A stretch of 63,822 nt of DNA, the filler included, from Octopus bimaculoides (lineage: Eukaryota): assembly GCF_001194135.2 (NCBI RefSeq). It is 6 parts of 6 records of this genome, joined end to end, with 100 filler letters (N's around TTAATTAATTAA, not from the genome) between each part and the next. Parts side by side here need not be neighbours in the genome. Positions count along the whole stretch, not along the records: positions 1 to 31,865 come from NC_068981.1; 5 more parts are not named here. One strand, written 5' to 3'. The translations under genes and the position numbers were made by a program. Each line of letters begins with the position of its first letter. Position 1 is the stretch's first letter. Below, in pieces: positions 1 to 14,073 of this stretch. The notes under the pieces were generated by a model. The model was not told the DNA's origin and ran no database searches. It worked only from the letters and a program-made list of their open reading frames with translations.

Positions 1-2453
1 AAAGTGGTCCAAATGTAGGTTTACAATTTTCACGTAGGCGCTTTAAATTCCATTTAAAACATTTTATTACATTTAAATTTCTACATTACAAATTAAAGAA
101 GGAGCTTGACAAAATTAACTAAATTAACACACAATAATGGTTTCATATTTTCTGATGATTAAGATCTAAACTGTTAATATATGAATGCGTAAGATATAGT
201 TGAATTACTGTAAACCTACATCCGAGCTGTGACAATGCATTGAACGAGCTTTATTTTATTTATAGTGATTTATTTGGGAATATGTCATGGTTGTTGTAAT
301 AACTTATTTGTACAGCAACACTAAGTTTATTTCTTTGTCTTGTAATTGGTACTTCTGAATGCCCAAAATATATTTTTACAAAGTTGTCTTGTAAACTATG
401 TCTACTATTTGTGTGGTGAAAAGTCTAGGAATCTGGCGTGATTTTCCTAATGATTTGGCCCAATTTGTGTGAGACATGTTAACCATAAGACAGTAATAGA
501 TATCTATGTATATTAGTATCCATTTCCCAATTAAATAACCAGCGTAATACAACGTATGCATCGTTTATATTTAAGATAATACACGCATGCTTCCTCAAAC
601 GCTGGGGCAGTGTTTATTCCCCTTGTCCCTATGAAACTGAATACGCAACGGTTATTATTTCGGGGTAGGTTTAGTACTAGATAAGAGAGGAAAATGTATT
701 ATGTTAAAGATGCTATATGTTCTAACATTGAAAATTTAAATTAGGAAGTCATGTATATACTTTATATAAAATTTGAGCGAAAGCAATACAAATAGCTTTA
801 TACAGGCATAAACAAAGCCACATATAATAAGAGATAAAGATAACCTCGGAAATGGACAAAGGGATATCCAGATCACATAGAGATAAGGTTGATAGTGAAA
901 CGGCAAATTTTAGGTCTGTGGATATTTATTCATAATTTCAGCGATATACGATATGATTAATGAAGTCTTACCCGTATATGCATACACACACAAACATTTA
1001 ACATATCGATGCACATAGATATTTGAGCTACCTGGAAATTGTTGCTGTACTTTAAGTAAGAAATGACTACCATTTACAACACCATCAAATTCAAACTGCA
1101 CCTTTTATATAATCACTAACTACATGTAAATCTACTTACGTTTCTAACTTTTAACTACATAAATTTATGGAAACAATCACTTATCGATTAATTTTCTTCT
1201 ATGCGTGTAATTTTCGCTGTCATTTGTCTCTTACTTTATATTTATATAAAATATTTACCAATATATATGCGCAATCTCATTTAGTTGTGTTTAATTGCAG
1301 CGGTTGGGTAATGATAATTTACATAGACATGGGAAGAATAATTGCTTTTAATTTCAAGAGACAAGATAAACCAAACAGTTGTTCAGAATGAAAAATGAGC
1401 AAGAGATAGTAAACAAAAAGTTTAAAACGAAAACAAAATAATCATTAGGACATTAGTAATAAAATAAAACAAAAAAAGTAAAAGCAATCATACAAGCAAA
1501 CGGACCGACAAGTTAACCAAACATATATNNNNNNNNNNNNNNNNNNNNNNNNNNNNNNNNNNNNNNNNNNNNNNNNNNNNNNNNNNNNNNNNNNNTATAT
1601 ATATATATATATATATATATATGTCTTAACGTAATTGTAACGAAGAAAAGAAAATAATAGCAAAAGAAAGAAAAAAACTTCTCTTATATAAATGAGATTA
1701 TCCAAACACTGCTGGAGCCATTATTTCCACCAGACTTTAATTAACTGGGGAGGAATGGCTTATAAAATTTATGGAGAAAAATTTCGCCAACAGAGCGGCG
1801 AGGACACATACATATTCTTAGTAACTATATCAAAGATTAACTTTCAAGTAACATCCGTAAAGTAATATCAATTGCATGAAAAACAAGCAAAAAGCGCCTC
1901 AGATAAAAGGTGTAATTCTCTCATGTGTATACGTCTATGTACTCGTTCCGGATGTATGTATCATGATGCAGTTTGCATTATTCATTAATACTTAGAAAAT
2001 ACACTTTTCACATGCAAACTGAAGTATGCATTGATAGATGTATTTAAACGAGTGCGTCAGCAATGGATTAGATACTTCAGGTATTTTCTTCTGTGTTCCA
2101 TATATTTTCATTGCAAACCTCATCAGTGTTAGCATGTATTTCAACTCTCCGGTATTTAATACTGAATAAAAATGAATCAATGTTATCAACGTAGCTTTTA
2201 CATTCACATATATATGCATAGTTCTGTTTCAGCATACATTGTTCAAGTTACATTCATAAGAAAGTTAATCTAACCCTGTTAGTTATTATATGTACGATAG
2301 ATTCTTGTATTATTTAATCAATACTTTTGAAAATACCGATCAGAATATTTATGAATCTATGCCTAATATAAATCTTGCATCTAGTTCTCGTATTTCATGT
2401 ATTATATTGTATGAATCTATATCATTAGATGTAATATCGTTTTTATAAAATCC

Positions 2454-2525
2454 GGCGAGCTGGTCAAATCGTTAGCATGCAGAGCAAAATGCTTAGCAGC
2501 ATTTCGTGCGCCTTTACACTTTTCG
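2454..2525 (+). mobile_element. SINE family A, 5' fragment
   Basis: GGCGAGCTGG..AATCGTTAGCATGC..GCAAAATGCTTAGCAGCATTTCG matches the head of the copies at 61225-61445. Confidence 0.7.
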
Positions 2526-3887
2526 GGATGAAGGAAGTTTTTCCTTTGATTTTATGAAACAATTTTGTTCAATAAATTTTATGATCAATTTACCGAGTAT
2601 CACAGGCGCAGTAATTAAAAGATATGTAGAAAGAAATTTACTTCACCACTCTCTAGCATTTCCTATTTTTAATATGGAATCTACATGTTAAATGAACACA
2701 TACTTGTTAGTAATAGATACTAATGTCACGATTACAGAGGCTTTCTATGAAATGACAACCTATATAACGCTTGTAAATGATGTATGCATTGAGATAATAC
2801 ACAGAGGTTAAAAACACCAATAGAAAATTTATGCTAAAGCATTAATTAAAGATATAGTATTTTATTTCGAACACACAGAAGGAGTAAGATATATCTCAAG
2901 ACACGCAAAAGCATTATCACCTTTAAAATGTAATTCTGAAATGACATGTTCGTTAAGACGGATACACAACCCGTATGTTGGATAACGTAGTCTGAGACAA
3001 ATCATTAATGAATAAGTGTGAGAAGGCCACGATTAGTTATTCATTACAACATTGATCGACATAAGATCTGGGGCTAAAAATGATGACAACCTTTGAGAAA
3101 AATTATTGATAATAATATTAATATAATCACATAGTCAAAGCAAAACTGAGAAGCACAAAGAAGTCAGTTTGTTGAACAACACCTTATTTACTTTTACTGT
3201 TCTTTATGTATTGAGTGTGTTTATTTAGGAGCGATTCTATTCCAAATCGAAGTAAAATTGCTTTCTCAAATAATCATCTGATAAAAAAAAAGTGACATAA
3301 TTTCACATAGTGAGAAATTAAAATTAAACAGACTAACGATAACATACTTTGCATAAGCCTTTTAAACAAATTTATTTTAAAGAGTATTTATATAATAGGA
3401 GTAATTGTTTAGTTTTAATAAAAGACATATTTTTTAGTAAGAGCTTTTATTAGGATATTATAAAATATTTTGGCAACAACATTTTTATAATTACATCAAA
3501 ATAAGTTAAAGATAATTTGCAAATTTTTAGCATTAGCCGTTATGACAGATGCCTTTCTCAGGGAGTCAAATACGCTATGATTACTAGGTGATATGTCTAA
3601 ATGAGACGGAACAATGTACATAGTTTGGACTGCTCGCAAGAGTACTCAAAAGCCTATTAAAAACAAAACCATTGCAAGTGATCACAAGAAAACCAAAATT
3701 ACACTGAGTCAACAGAGTACTGATATTTCGATTCGTGAGTGCCGAATCATGAAATTGTAGTCAGCAATCTTGGAGTCGACAGTATTTGGCACCAAACATG
3801 CAAACATATTGCATTAAATATAACGTTAACAGGAACATTTATGAGTAATTTGTTAAGTTACACTATACACTTAGAAAAACAGTTTAT

Positions 3888-3930
<43 letters not shown>

Positions 3931-5269
3931 AACATCTATTTATCAGTTATTACTGTAAATATCTCCATGCCCTTAGACCATGCATTATCCTAGAAGTTAT
4001 AAATATCATAATTAACGTGAAAGTATTCATAAGTCAAGTTTAGAGAAACCTGGTTGCGATATCACTGCTTATATACAATAGTTCACATATAAGTGACAAT
4101 TACGATCATTGAAAAGATATCAATTATATGGGATTAAATGAACTGTTAACATAATCAAGATAAGTGTATTTTCTATTAGATCTTGAATGTTGATACCTGC
4201 ATATGATAATGTTAACTTTTGCGTAAGTATCACATCCAAATACGGAGCATATCAAAATGATTATTTCTGCGTGACAATGTTTTGCACATGACAGCACATA
4301 TGTTTAAATGTTTACATACACGGGCATCAGTTATTAGAGTGCTATGTATGAGTGATACTATATGCATCTGATGTTGCATAACAGCACAGAAACATGTGAC
4401 CTATACTCCAATGAAGTCATTTATAGGCTAGCGCCTTATTTCATACATTGTCCAGAAGAATTACACTTTCCGGACTGCCACGACAGTGAAGGTCTTTCCA
4501 CATTTAAGCGTACATGAACCATGAAATATATAAATGTCCACAGCTTCAGTATATTTATCACTGCTTAGTGTGCCTTTAATTAATACATTCCAGCTTGACA
4601 AGTCTGTACACGTGCCAGTAAATTTATTATTTGCTTTTTATATACAAGTACGGCAATTCTTAATGTGCTTTGAACTACGGATTTGGTCTCTCTGGTGGGT
4701 AATGTGTAACCGCTCAGAATTACGATGCCTACGTGTCTGATGACGTCGTTTATGATATAAGTAGTTTAATTTGATACCACCTCAGTTTCGCATACTGGAC
4801 TTTCGCTCAGCCGAGTGGCTACTAATAACACCGGTGTATGTTTTATTCTCTATTTCTTATATCGGGACTGAGAAATTTTCGTCCGAGTTAAGTGTGTCTA
4901 TGACAGTTAAAAGGCCCATAGATGGTGAAATACAGCTAGTGTTCTCGCTAGCTGCTGCTGGGAAAAAATTGTCTATTTCCGATATAGTTACTAGCCTGTA
5001 GATGGTGTATACATTAAGTGCAATACATATGTACCTACAATAATTTAACACTGCATTGATTGCGTATACCGGTGATGCAATCATTTTATTATCCTTGGGG
5101 ATAAAAAAATTGTAGTAAACACATGCATAAATATATGTATATTAGCAAATATGATAAGCAAGTGAGGCAAGTCGATTTACATAGAATATTAAATACATTT
5201 CATACAAAAAATGTACATGTGAATGGATAGAAAATAGTCCTACTTACAGAATATAAATGATATTAGGAG

Positions 5270-5590
5270 TTAAGTGGGTAGCCTTTTGAGTCCAACAGCT
5301 GTTTCTGGGGGGGCTTAGTGGTACGGAATAATGATAGTTACTTGGATACATTATCGGATAACACCGCCTCCGTCTTCAAGGGCGGATTTTACATGAGAGA
5401 GTTTTACATTTGAGGTGTTGACAGAATGGAGTTTAAAGATGGAATGGTTTTCTGGAGAGCTAAGTGTGCAAGGAATGGGGGTTGGAGAAGTTTAGATAGA
5501 GAGTAGTGGGAGGAGAAATAGATGTCAGTGTTAGGATTAATAATGAGACTAGTGATAGCAGAGGTGGAACGTGAGAGGAGTGTATTCTAT
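5270..5590 (-). mobile_element. Penelope-like terminal repeat remnant with hammerhead-like motif
   Basis: Minus strand reads TTGAAGA...(long stem)...AGAAACAGCTGTT. The AGAAACAG(C/G)TGT motif is shared with 36036-36047. The flank is pyrimidine-rich on the minus strand. Confidence 0.45.
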
Positions 5591-6282
5591 ATACAGAACA
5601 CCTGTCTCTAGAGTATAAGCTATAAATATATGTATACGTACATTTTCATTCATATATACATAGATCACACACACATACACATACATATATCATATAATAT
5701 TTTATTATTTCGTGTCGGTTTAGCAGCAAAAATACGTATTTATGGATGCATATATTGTAAATGTTTGATATCTGTTAATGAATACGTTGCGATAACAAAT
5801 TTTATATAACATATGTCTAATTGGAGTCATAAAACACATATCCAGTTACCAAACACTGGGGGTTTCACTACTATATGCATAAGTATAAACGTCTACAGGA
5901 AAAAAAATTCTGTATTTCTGTATATAGTAATTGAATATAAGTTTTAGGAATCCTATCCGACATATATATGAAATATGTTATTGCAACATAGCAACATATT
6001 CAATAAAAATACAATGAACGTCACAATCAAGTAAGCATCTTGTATATATATATATATATATATATATATANNNNNNNNNNNNNNNNNNNNNNNNNNNNNN
6101 NNNNNNNNNNNNNNNNNNNNNNNNNNNNNNNNNNNNNNNNNNNNNNNNNNNNNNNNNNNNNNNNNNNNNNNNNNNNNNNNNNNNNNNNNNNNNNNNNNNN
6201 TGTATATGTGTGTGTGTGTGTATAGTGAATCCCCAAAAAGAAGGACAAACTAAAAAAAAAAACAACGCGAGAACGTGAAAGA

Positions 6283-6313
<31 letters not shown>

Positions 6314-6558
6314 TTCTTTTATTCTCTTATTTGTTTCAGACAGTTGACTGTGGCATTTAGTCGATCAAATCGACCACAGGACTTATTCTTTGTAAGCCTA
6401 GTACTTATTCTATCGATCACTTTTGCCGAACCGTTAGGTTACAGGTATGTAAACACACCAGCATCAGTTGTCAATCGATGTTGAGGGACAAACACAAACA
6501 GACACACACACACACCTATATACATGCGTGCACACACACACGTGCACACACACACACA

Positions 6559-6592
<34 letters not shown>

Positions 6593-6665
6593 AATATATA
6601 TATATACATATATACGACGGGCTTTCAGTTTCCGTCTACCAAATCCACTCACAAGGCTTTAGTCG
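6314..6665 (-). mobile_element. SINE family B (internal TA/TG microsatellite), 5'-truncated
   Basis: Matches 59445-59690 and 60150-60200 (GTGAGTGGATTTGGTAGACGGAAACTGAAAG...CCCGTCGTATAT; GACTAGGCTTACAAAGAATAAGTCC). Confidence 0.85.
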
Positions 6666-6950
6666 GTTTCGTCCATTCGTGGGGACGCCTTTGAATAAAA
6701 GTTTTGTGAAACTTCGTTGTTTTTTATAGACACCGTATACAATACAAATGGAGAAAGAAGAAAGTGGAAGTAAGAGGGGAGAGGAGGAGGAGACGGGTTA
6801 GATAGAGAGGATAGAGAAAGAAAGCAGGATGGAAGAAGGAATGTATTACGGATGCTTTGTATAACAAGCAACGAAATTTAAGAAGCTTTGTGTTCCCACG
6901 AATGGACGAAAACTCTAAATAAGCAATTATCACGAATACATATACATACA

Positions 6951-6985
<35 letters not shown>

Positions 6986-8277
6986 GTTTGTGTGTGTCTC
7001 TGTGTGTGTGCATCCGTGTGTGTGTATGTGTACGCATCGACGAAACGAAAGAAACTGGTACTCAACAGATTTGGTAGAAGTTATATGCATGCATATATGT
7101 AGTTTCGTAGGCTCGTCACAGGAATCTTTCTTGTGAGTAAACGATCCTGCCGTTTTGTCAGGAAGCTTTATGACATTCCCTCAACAAATTTTCATTTAAC
7201 AAACCCAATTTTTCTTGAAAACGCAATATAATATAGTTGCTTCACATGGAAATGCACTGTAACATTTGTGAAGTAAGTAGATTTTTTTTTTTATTACCAG
7301 CTACGTTTATATGAAAATGGGATTTTATAATTAAATATGAAGCTAGTAATAATTCACATTTTCAGTTATGGAAAGCACAGGTTTTTATTATGAGATACCT
7401 TCATAGGAAATCGCGTTTTTCCATTTAAATATAAAGCTAGTATTTATTCACACTTTGAATTTTATAAAGGTTCTATTCCTATCTGATTAAGTGAGTAATT
7501 TTCTCGCAATAATTATATATCTGAAATAGTAAATTTTTTTCTGTGACAATATCGGTAGAATGTAAGATATTTTAATGCATTGCTTTGTAGACTTAATTAT
7601 ATGATATAATAAATAATGCTGGTTATGTACGCGGTTAATTACTGTGTTACTTGGCGAACACCAAGAAATAATCAAGTCTAAACACTGATAACGCTTATTG
7701 TGCAATGAATAGCTTCTGCTTGCAAAGTATTTGTCATTTTTACAGGTATATAAATTTTTGTACTGTTAAGTGGTTATATTCTGCACTCTGTATGCTATCA
7801 TTGTCTTCGACCTCAGAAAGTTTATTTTCAAACTAAGTGTAATAATGTTCTGATCAATTATACCACTGATGCATGCACACTTAATGTTATAAATGTATGT
7901 TATTTAAATGTATCGTTTAGTAAATTAGTCATACTTAGCTGATGAAAGAAGTAGGTTAACTGATTGCGTTATCAGCAAGCGTTATATGAGGTGCTTCATT
8001 GATTTTCCAAGTTTCAAGTATTCTCTATATATTATAGTAATTACCTTTCTTAATTGTATAGGATTCTCTTTTTTACAATATACATATTCAGCCATTCCTC
8101 AATTACGTTTCTTCTATAAATATGGAATTTCAATGTTTCACAGAGTTCTCTTTAGAGGCCTTCAAGTATTTCGTTTATAGACCTTTTATAAATACAAGTA
8201 ATATTAAAAGTTCACATCTTATATTCTATTAATTCATACATAGCTTTTGGAGGTGGAGCCTGCGCGCGTTTGCTTAC

Positions 8278-8339
8278 CTTTGATGAAATTTCCAATACCA
8301 CTTGTATTGCAGTTTCTTTGGAGTGTTTCAAATAAGACC
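8278..8339 (-). CDS. Candidate 62-nt internal exon, product unknown
   Basis: Minus-strand acceptor CTTTACTGTAG|G and donor AAG|GTAAGC. Two frames are open (SYLKHSKETAIQVVLEISSK or VLFETLQRNCNTSGIGNFIK). No homology recognised. Confidence 0.3.
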
Positions 8340-10149
8340 CTACAGTAAAGCAGAATCTATATGCTTCTTAATTTATCATGTACTTTATCTTACAGTGCAA
8401 ATCTGATCTTTACATGATATGTTCAATAATTATTAATAGAAAAGTGTTTATTTCGCGTGAGAAATTCTCTTGTATAAGGCATTGCATTGCTGTAATTTTT
8501 AACTTCATGTAAGTTTTTCCTTTCTTAATAGTGCATGAATGGTGTAAATCATACAAATGTCTAGCGGTTATGTAATCCGATAATTTGATGTGTTGACAAA
8601 TAATTATATTTTGGCAACGGTACCTCAAGCTTCATTAATGTGTATACGAATACCTATCTGGTTTTGATGTACTTATAGAAAACATGGATCTACGAAGTGG
8701 CCATATCTTCGAGATTCATTGTTGTATTGTGAAAAGCGAAATTTGAGATGTACGCTAGGCAGGTACTAAGCATAAGTCTGATGGTGATGGTGCAGCCACA
8801 AAAGTCATTTGAATCGTTGATGAAAATGATATTTTACATGTTTAGTCTGGTACTGTAATATTCCAATGTCAGACCCTTTAGAATCCATTATAAGAAGGCT
8901 AACCTCTTGGTTTATCTTTTTGGAAAGAAGTATTGAAATTTTCTAAATTTCTCTACAATGTGTCCCTTAATATATGGCACTCTCACATCATGCAAAATGA
9001 GATATTATTCAGGAAAATGCTTGGTTGACAACAAACTGAGTTTATATAACTGAGAATTATGTAATACTATGTGTATGCATGTTTAATGCAGCTATATATA
9101 TGAAGCAGTTTGCAATGTTGTGGGGTAAGTTCTCTGTATTTATAAGATAATTTTTATTCTTCTTAAAAAGCGGGCACGACTTTGAAAATTTATAAGAAAA
9201 GATGCGATTCATCTTGAGCAAAAACAGTGAAGCAACGAACTGGCACGCCGTTAGGAAATGATAAATTATTTGCATGTTTTACTTCACAATTTTGTTCATC
9301 ACATTCATGCGCGTGGAGCGCACATATGCACGCGCAATACACACATACACACGTACATATACATACGCACATACGCACAAGGACAAACACACGCAAACTT
9401 ACGATTATATACATGCATAATGACTACCTCTCATATACAAAGACTCACCTTACTTAACATTTACAGAATGATTTGCTATGTATTTCCATGCTGGAAATTA
9501 GTTAGGTGTTGTACTGTAATATTTATGGAAATACATCAGATTCGTCTTGTTATGTAGTTTCTATAGAAGCTCAAAGTTTCCATTTGATTATGCATGTTAA
9601 CGAATGGTATGGATTCAATTGAATGGACCATTTACTACACCACGGTGTACAAATATTCACATAACTAAGTATATAGCTGTATAATGTTTTCTCAAGAGAA
9701 TCTATGGTAATGCACGTCAAAGACTTCTCCTCATACATATATAATAAAGAAATGAGTGGATGCACGTTGAAGCATACAGACAAGAAGAAAACATACCGAA
9801 TGTGGCGTAGAGTGGTATAATCTTAAGGGTGAAATCATTGTACATACCCAACAGTATGACGGATTGATGCAATGCGAAAATAATAATTTAGAATACATCA
9901 AATTAGAAGACAAAGAACTTGCAACTGGTATAATTATATAACCGTCTGTTTTGAAATTTTAGGTCTACAAAAATCTTCTCAGACATTGTAATGATTAATC
10001 AACCCTGCAAAATGTATGCTATGTATCTTTTCAGAAACATTTTAGTTAAAATTATTAACAAAATTCACAGCAGTTCTACTTTCCAAACGTAGGTAACAGT
10101 ATGTCAGTTACATATGGTTCAGTAAAATTTATAATCTTCCTACGATCGG

Positions 10150-10325
10150 TACAGGGCCAGAAAGTTGGTGGGATCCTAGTGTTCAACTGATACTTATTTT
10201 ATCGGCTCCGGAATGATGAAAGGCAATGTCGACTTCTGTGGAATTTGAACTCAGAACGTAAACCCGGAAGGAATGCCACAAATATATTGTGCAGCGTGCT
10301 GAAGATTATGTTAGCTCGCTGCCTT
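10150..10325 (-). mobile_element. SINE family A, diverged copy
   Basis: GATGAAAGGCAATGTCGACTTCTGTGGAATTTGAACTCAGAACGTAAA is the reverse complement of the family A box B region. Confidence 0.8.
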
Positions 10326-12063
10326 ATTAACATTTATAATAATAAGCAACTATATACTTCGATATCATATACATTGCAATTATTGAACATTGCTACAAAC
10401 ACTATCAACTTACGTCGGCGTCAACGCCCTTATTACAAATCAAAAGTTAAAACAATGATGGATTTAAGAAATTCCATATACTTCAACAGCAAAAGACCCT
10501 AGAAACAAATTCGTCGATCCCAGTGTAGGAGCAAATGATTCGGCAGAAATATGTTTCATTAATCTAGCATAAAAATGGTAACGTAGTAGACACTATAACA
10601 GAATATGTAGGTTATTGAGCTGTGGTTTAAATATTACGTAATATAACGTAAAAACTAATGAGTATTTTGAAATTCTCGTTAAGAATTATGATGCAGATTT
10701 ACATCATAATATTTCTTGTAAATAATTCAGTGCATCAATAGGAACGTCTCACAAGATATACGTATTATATTATCTGCGATGTAGTTTTCCAACGTCGAAT
10801 AGTTTTACCTAAACTGTATCACGTTAAAAATAAGATGAAACACAACAGGCGCAACGACAAAAATTCTACAGGGAACGAAGACAAGAGCCATACTACTCTG
10901 GTATAATCTTTTTTTAATCAAGAAATAAATGCATCACTGCACGATATCTAATCTAGATGCATTTACCATAAATATCATACAATTTTAAACTAAACATGAT
11001 TAAAGTAAACTCCTTCACTATCAATAGCTTAGCGGCATTTTGCTTGACACTTTTTTAACAACAGAACATTAAGTATTTCCAGTATCATCCCTTAACCAGT
11101 TCCATAAATCATGTCTTATGTCAAATTACCGATGTCTATTGGGTAGATGCTACACCACAAAATGTAGAAATAATTATATTGATATCAAAACGTGTGCCAT
11201 TGCCTTCGAATAATAATTTAAGGGCAATTACACATGTTTTCATACCAAATAAAACATTCAAAATACAGCAAAAGTTACATCAAATTCTGAGATTCTGTGA
11301 AACTTATCTCTAATAAGAAACAACAAACATGATTCATCTGGGAACATATTGAATTGTAATTCTGAACTCGTATATTTTCAGAGAAAATTTCATATTTATT
11401 GAAGACTTATACAATTGCACAGCAATTAAAGTTGACTCACATTACACTCTATTAATGGAGTGCACAGTTTTTACAGATAAGGCACTCTTAATGTACTCCC
11501 CATTGTTCCTGATACAAAACGCTCAATGCTCATATGTACATACATGCTTAACATACTGTTATCTGTTTATATCTATTCGCATTACTCCTTTTCTATCCCT
11601 ACTTTCTACTACGCATTCCTATCATTTTCACTTCCGACAACAACTCCATTTAAATCATTCCCAAATCCCATCTACAACCTCTTATCCTCTTTTCCCAACG
11701 AGAGCAATTACAGCCGATCAAACCTAGCATTTGTTCTTAAATAATACAATTCAAAAGAAATTAATTGAACCATTTTAAAATGTCCTGCGGCTACATGGAT
11801 AGGTCTATCGTAAGTCACATTAGCTGAAGTGTCAAAAGATGAAAAACAAGCACGTGCTGAAGATGTTTCTGAACACACACACACACACGCACACACACCC
11901 AAACAAACACACACACAATCACACACATATACACACACACATATGTATGCATAGCCCCACTGTTGAAGTTCATACATACATACATATATACATACATACA
12001 TGTGTGTGTGTGTGTATGTGTGTGTGTGTATGTATGTGTGTGTGTGTGTATGTGTGTGTGTGT

Positions 12064-12400
12064 GAAGGTACATGACTCAGTGGTTAGAGCGTCGAGCTTA
12101 CGATCATGAGGTTGTGAGTTCGATTCCTGAACCGGGCCGCGTGTTGTGTTCTTGAGCAAGACATTTTATTTTACATTGCTTTAGTCAACTCAGCTGTAGA
12201 AATCACTGCGACATCACTGGTGGCAAACTGTATCGGTCTTTGCCTTTCACTTGGATAGCATCAGTGGTGTGGAGAGGGGAGGCTGGTATGCATGGGTGAC
12301 TGCTGGCCTTCCACAAACAACCTTGCTCGGACTTGTGCCTCGGAGGGTAAATGTCTAGGTGCAATCCCACGGTCATTCATGACCGAAGCGGGGTTCATCC
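12064..12400 (+). mobile_element. tRNA-derived SINE family C
   Basis: Box A TGACTCAGTGG and box B GAGTTCGATTCC, followed by GTGTTGTGTTCTTGAGCAAGACA...CTCAGCTGTAGAAAT. A second copy lies at 41690-41940 on the minus strand. Confidence 0.85.
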
Positions 12401-12530
12401 NNNNNNNNNNNNNNNNNNNNNNNNNNNNNNNNNNNNNNNNNNNNNNNNNNNNNNNNNNNNNNNNNNNNNNNNNNNNNNNNNNNNNNNNNNNNNNNNNNNN
12501 NNNNNNNNNNNTATATATATAGGACAATAT

Positions 12531-12890
12531 TTTGACGACTGTATCAGTGCGACCTCACTCTCCCGCGAGCATCTAGACTTTTTTCTCTCTTTTTCTCAAA
12601 TCTATCAATCCTGCCCTCCACATCTCCTGCACTATTTCCGCACCCGCACCGCCGTCACCCCTCTTCCGTTTCCTCTCACCTACTACACCCACCACCTTAC
12701 ATCTCCAACGCATCATTCTCCGAGCCTTCCCACGACTCCTGCCCTACCCCTCCACTTCGCACATCTTCACTAACCAACCCCTTCCCTCCCTCAAACGAGC
12801 CCACAACCTACGTGACCTCTTGGTCCACAGTTTCTTCCTTAACCCAACCTCTCAACCCGGCTCGTCCCCTGCTCCCGACCACGCTCCCGC
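12531..12890 (+). mobile_element. Penelope-like RT remnant (Poseidon/Neptune-like)
   Basis: Translates QYFDDCISATSLSREHLDFFLSFSQ-SINPALH, then SLKRAHNLRDLLVHS..QPGSSP. These resemble the YIDD catalytic motif and the RNLRDLLVHS linker of Penelope-like ORFs. Frameshifted and internally deleted. Confidence 0.7.
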
Positions 12891-13346
12891 ACATTTTGAG
12901 CAAATATTTTATTGGAAATTTATAAAATAGGTGTGTATGTACGAATAAATATATATATAATAATCTACTGGTTAGTTCACCCGTTATATATATTAGTTAG
13001 TTAGGGGATGGAGGTGGAGTAAAAGTGAAGGAGGGGAGGGGTTTGTAAGTAGAGAAGTAGTGAGGAAGTAGTAGAGACGTATTATAAAGTCAATTGCGTC
13101 ACGTGGTGTGTTGAAGAGAGAGGCGAAGGTTGAAATAAAACGAAAGACGGGAAGAGAAGATTTGGAGAGAGAAATGTTAACTACGTGCACAATAAAAATA
13201 AAAATGCAAATTATTCTTTCTTAACTTGCTTCTCTTGATCTTTTTCCTTCTGTGGAATTGTCAGTGGTCCCACAAAACAGGTAATTTCTCTAATTTTGCT
13301 ATTTTGGTATAGATTCTGTGTGTGTGTGTGGGGGGGGGTATGTATG

Positions 13347-13391
<45 letters not shown>

Positions 13392-13945
13392 ATGTACATA
13401 TTCGGGTGTGTGTAGGCATGTTATTTATTTATTTAATTAATTAATTAATTAATTAATTAATTAATTGAAATGTCTCACCTTCCAGATATTTACATTATCT
13501 TATTATGAGCCAACAATGTTAACAATTATTTAGTGGATAGTTAAAATATTGCAAGAAACACTGAGAGAGTAAATTAAGCCGCCTTTCCTAAAGTGTTAAT
13601 GATACATATGTCACAGCAACATACACTAGTTATACGCTCATTTATTTTCAATTATGACAGAAGCACCATGTGATATTACAGAGTACTGCAGAATACAGCT
13701 AATTATAATTGTTCTGATTTAGGTACGAGAGCACTGACTTGTGAGGGTGCATATTAATGCATAGACTGATCCCTGTTCTATAAAAATGGAAGTGGCATCA
13801 TTAGGATTTGAATAGAGAATGGAGAATATAAAGAGTTGGAAAAATGTCAAAATGATTTTCTATTTGTGTCTGTGTGCTCTAACGCTTCAGTCACCTCGCT
13901 GCCTTTGAGATAAATAATACTAATAATAATAATAATGATGATGAT

Positions 13946-13951
13946 GATGAC

Positions 13952-14016
<65 letters not shown>

Positions 14017-14018
14017 GG

Positions 14019-14072
<54 letters not shown>
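13946..14072. repeat. (GAT)n followed by (AAT)n microsatellite
   Basis: Direct reading; it abuts the 5' break of a LINE remnant. Confidence 0.95.

Positions 14073-14073
<1 letters not shown>

Noticed and set aside
12064-12135. tRNA-like heads here and at 42690-42762, 60250-60318 and 18539-18611 as tRNA genes
   Set aside because: No complete cloverleaf or paired acceptor stem, and they continue into repeat bodies, so they are SINE heads.
13430-13466. (TTAA)n run resembling the artificial linker
   Set aside because: Not flanked by Ns and longer than 12 bp; a natural tetranucleotide microsatellite.
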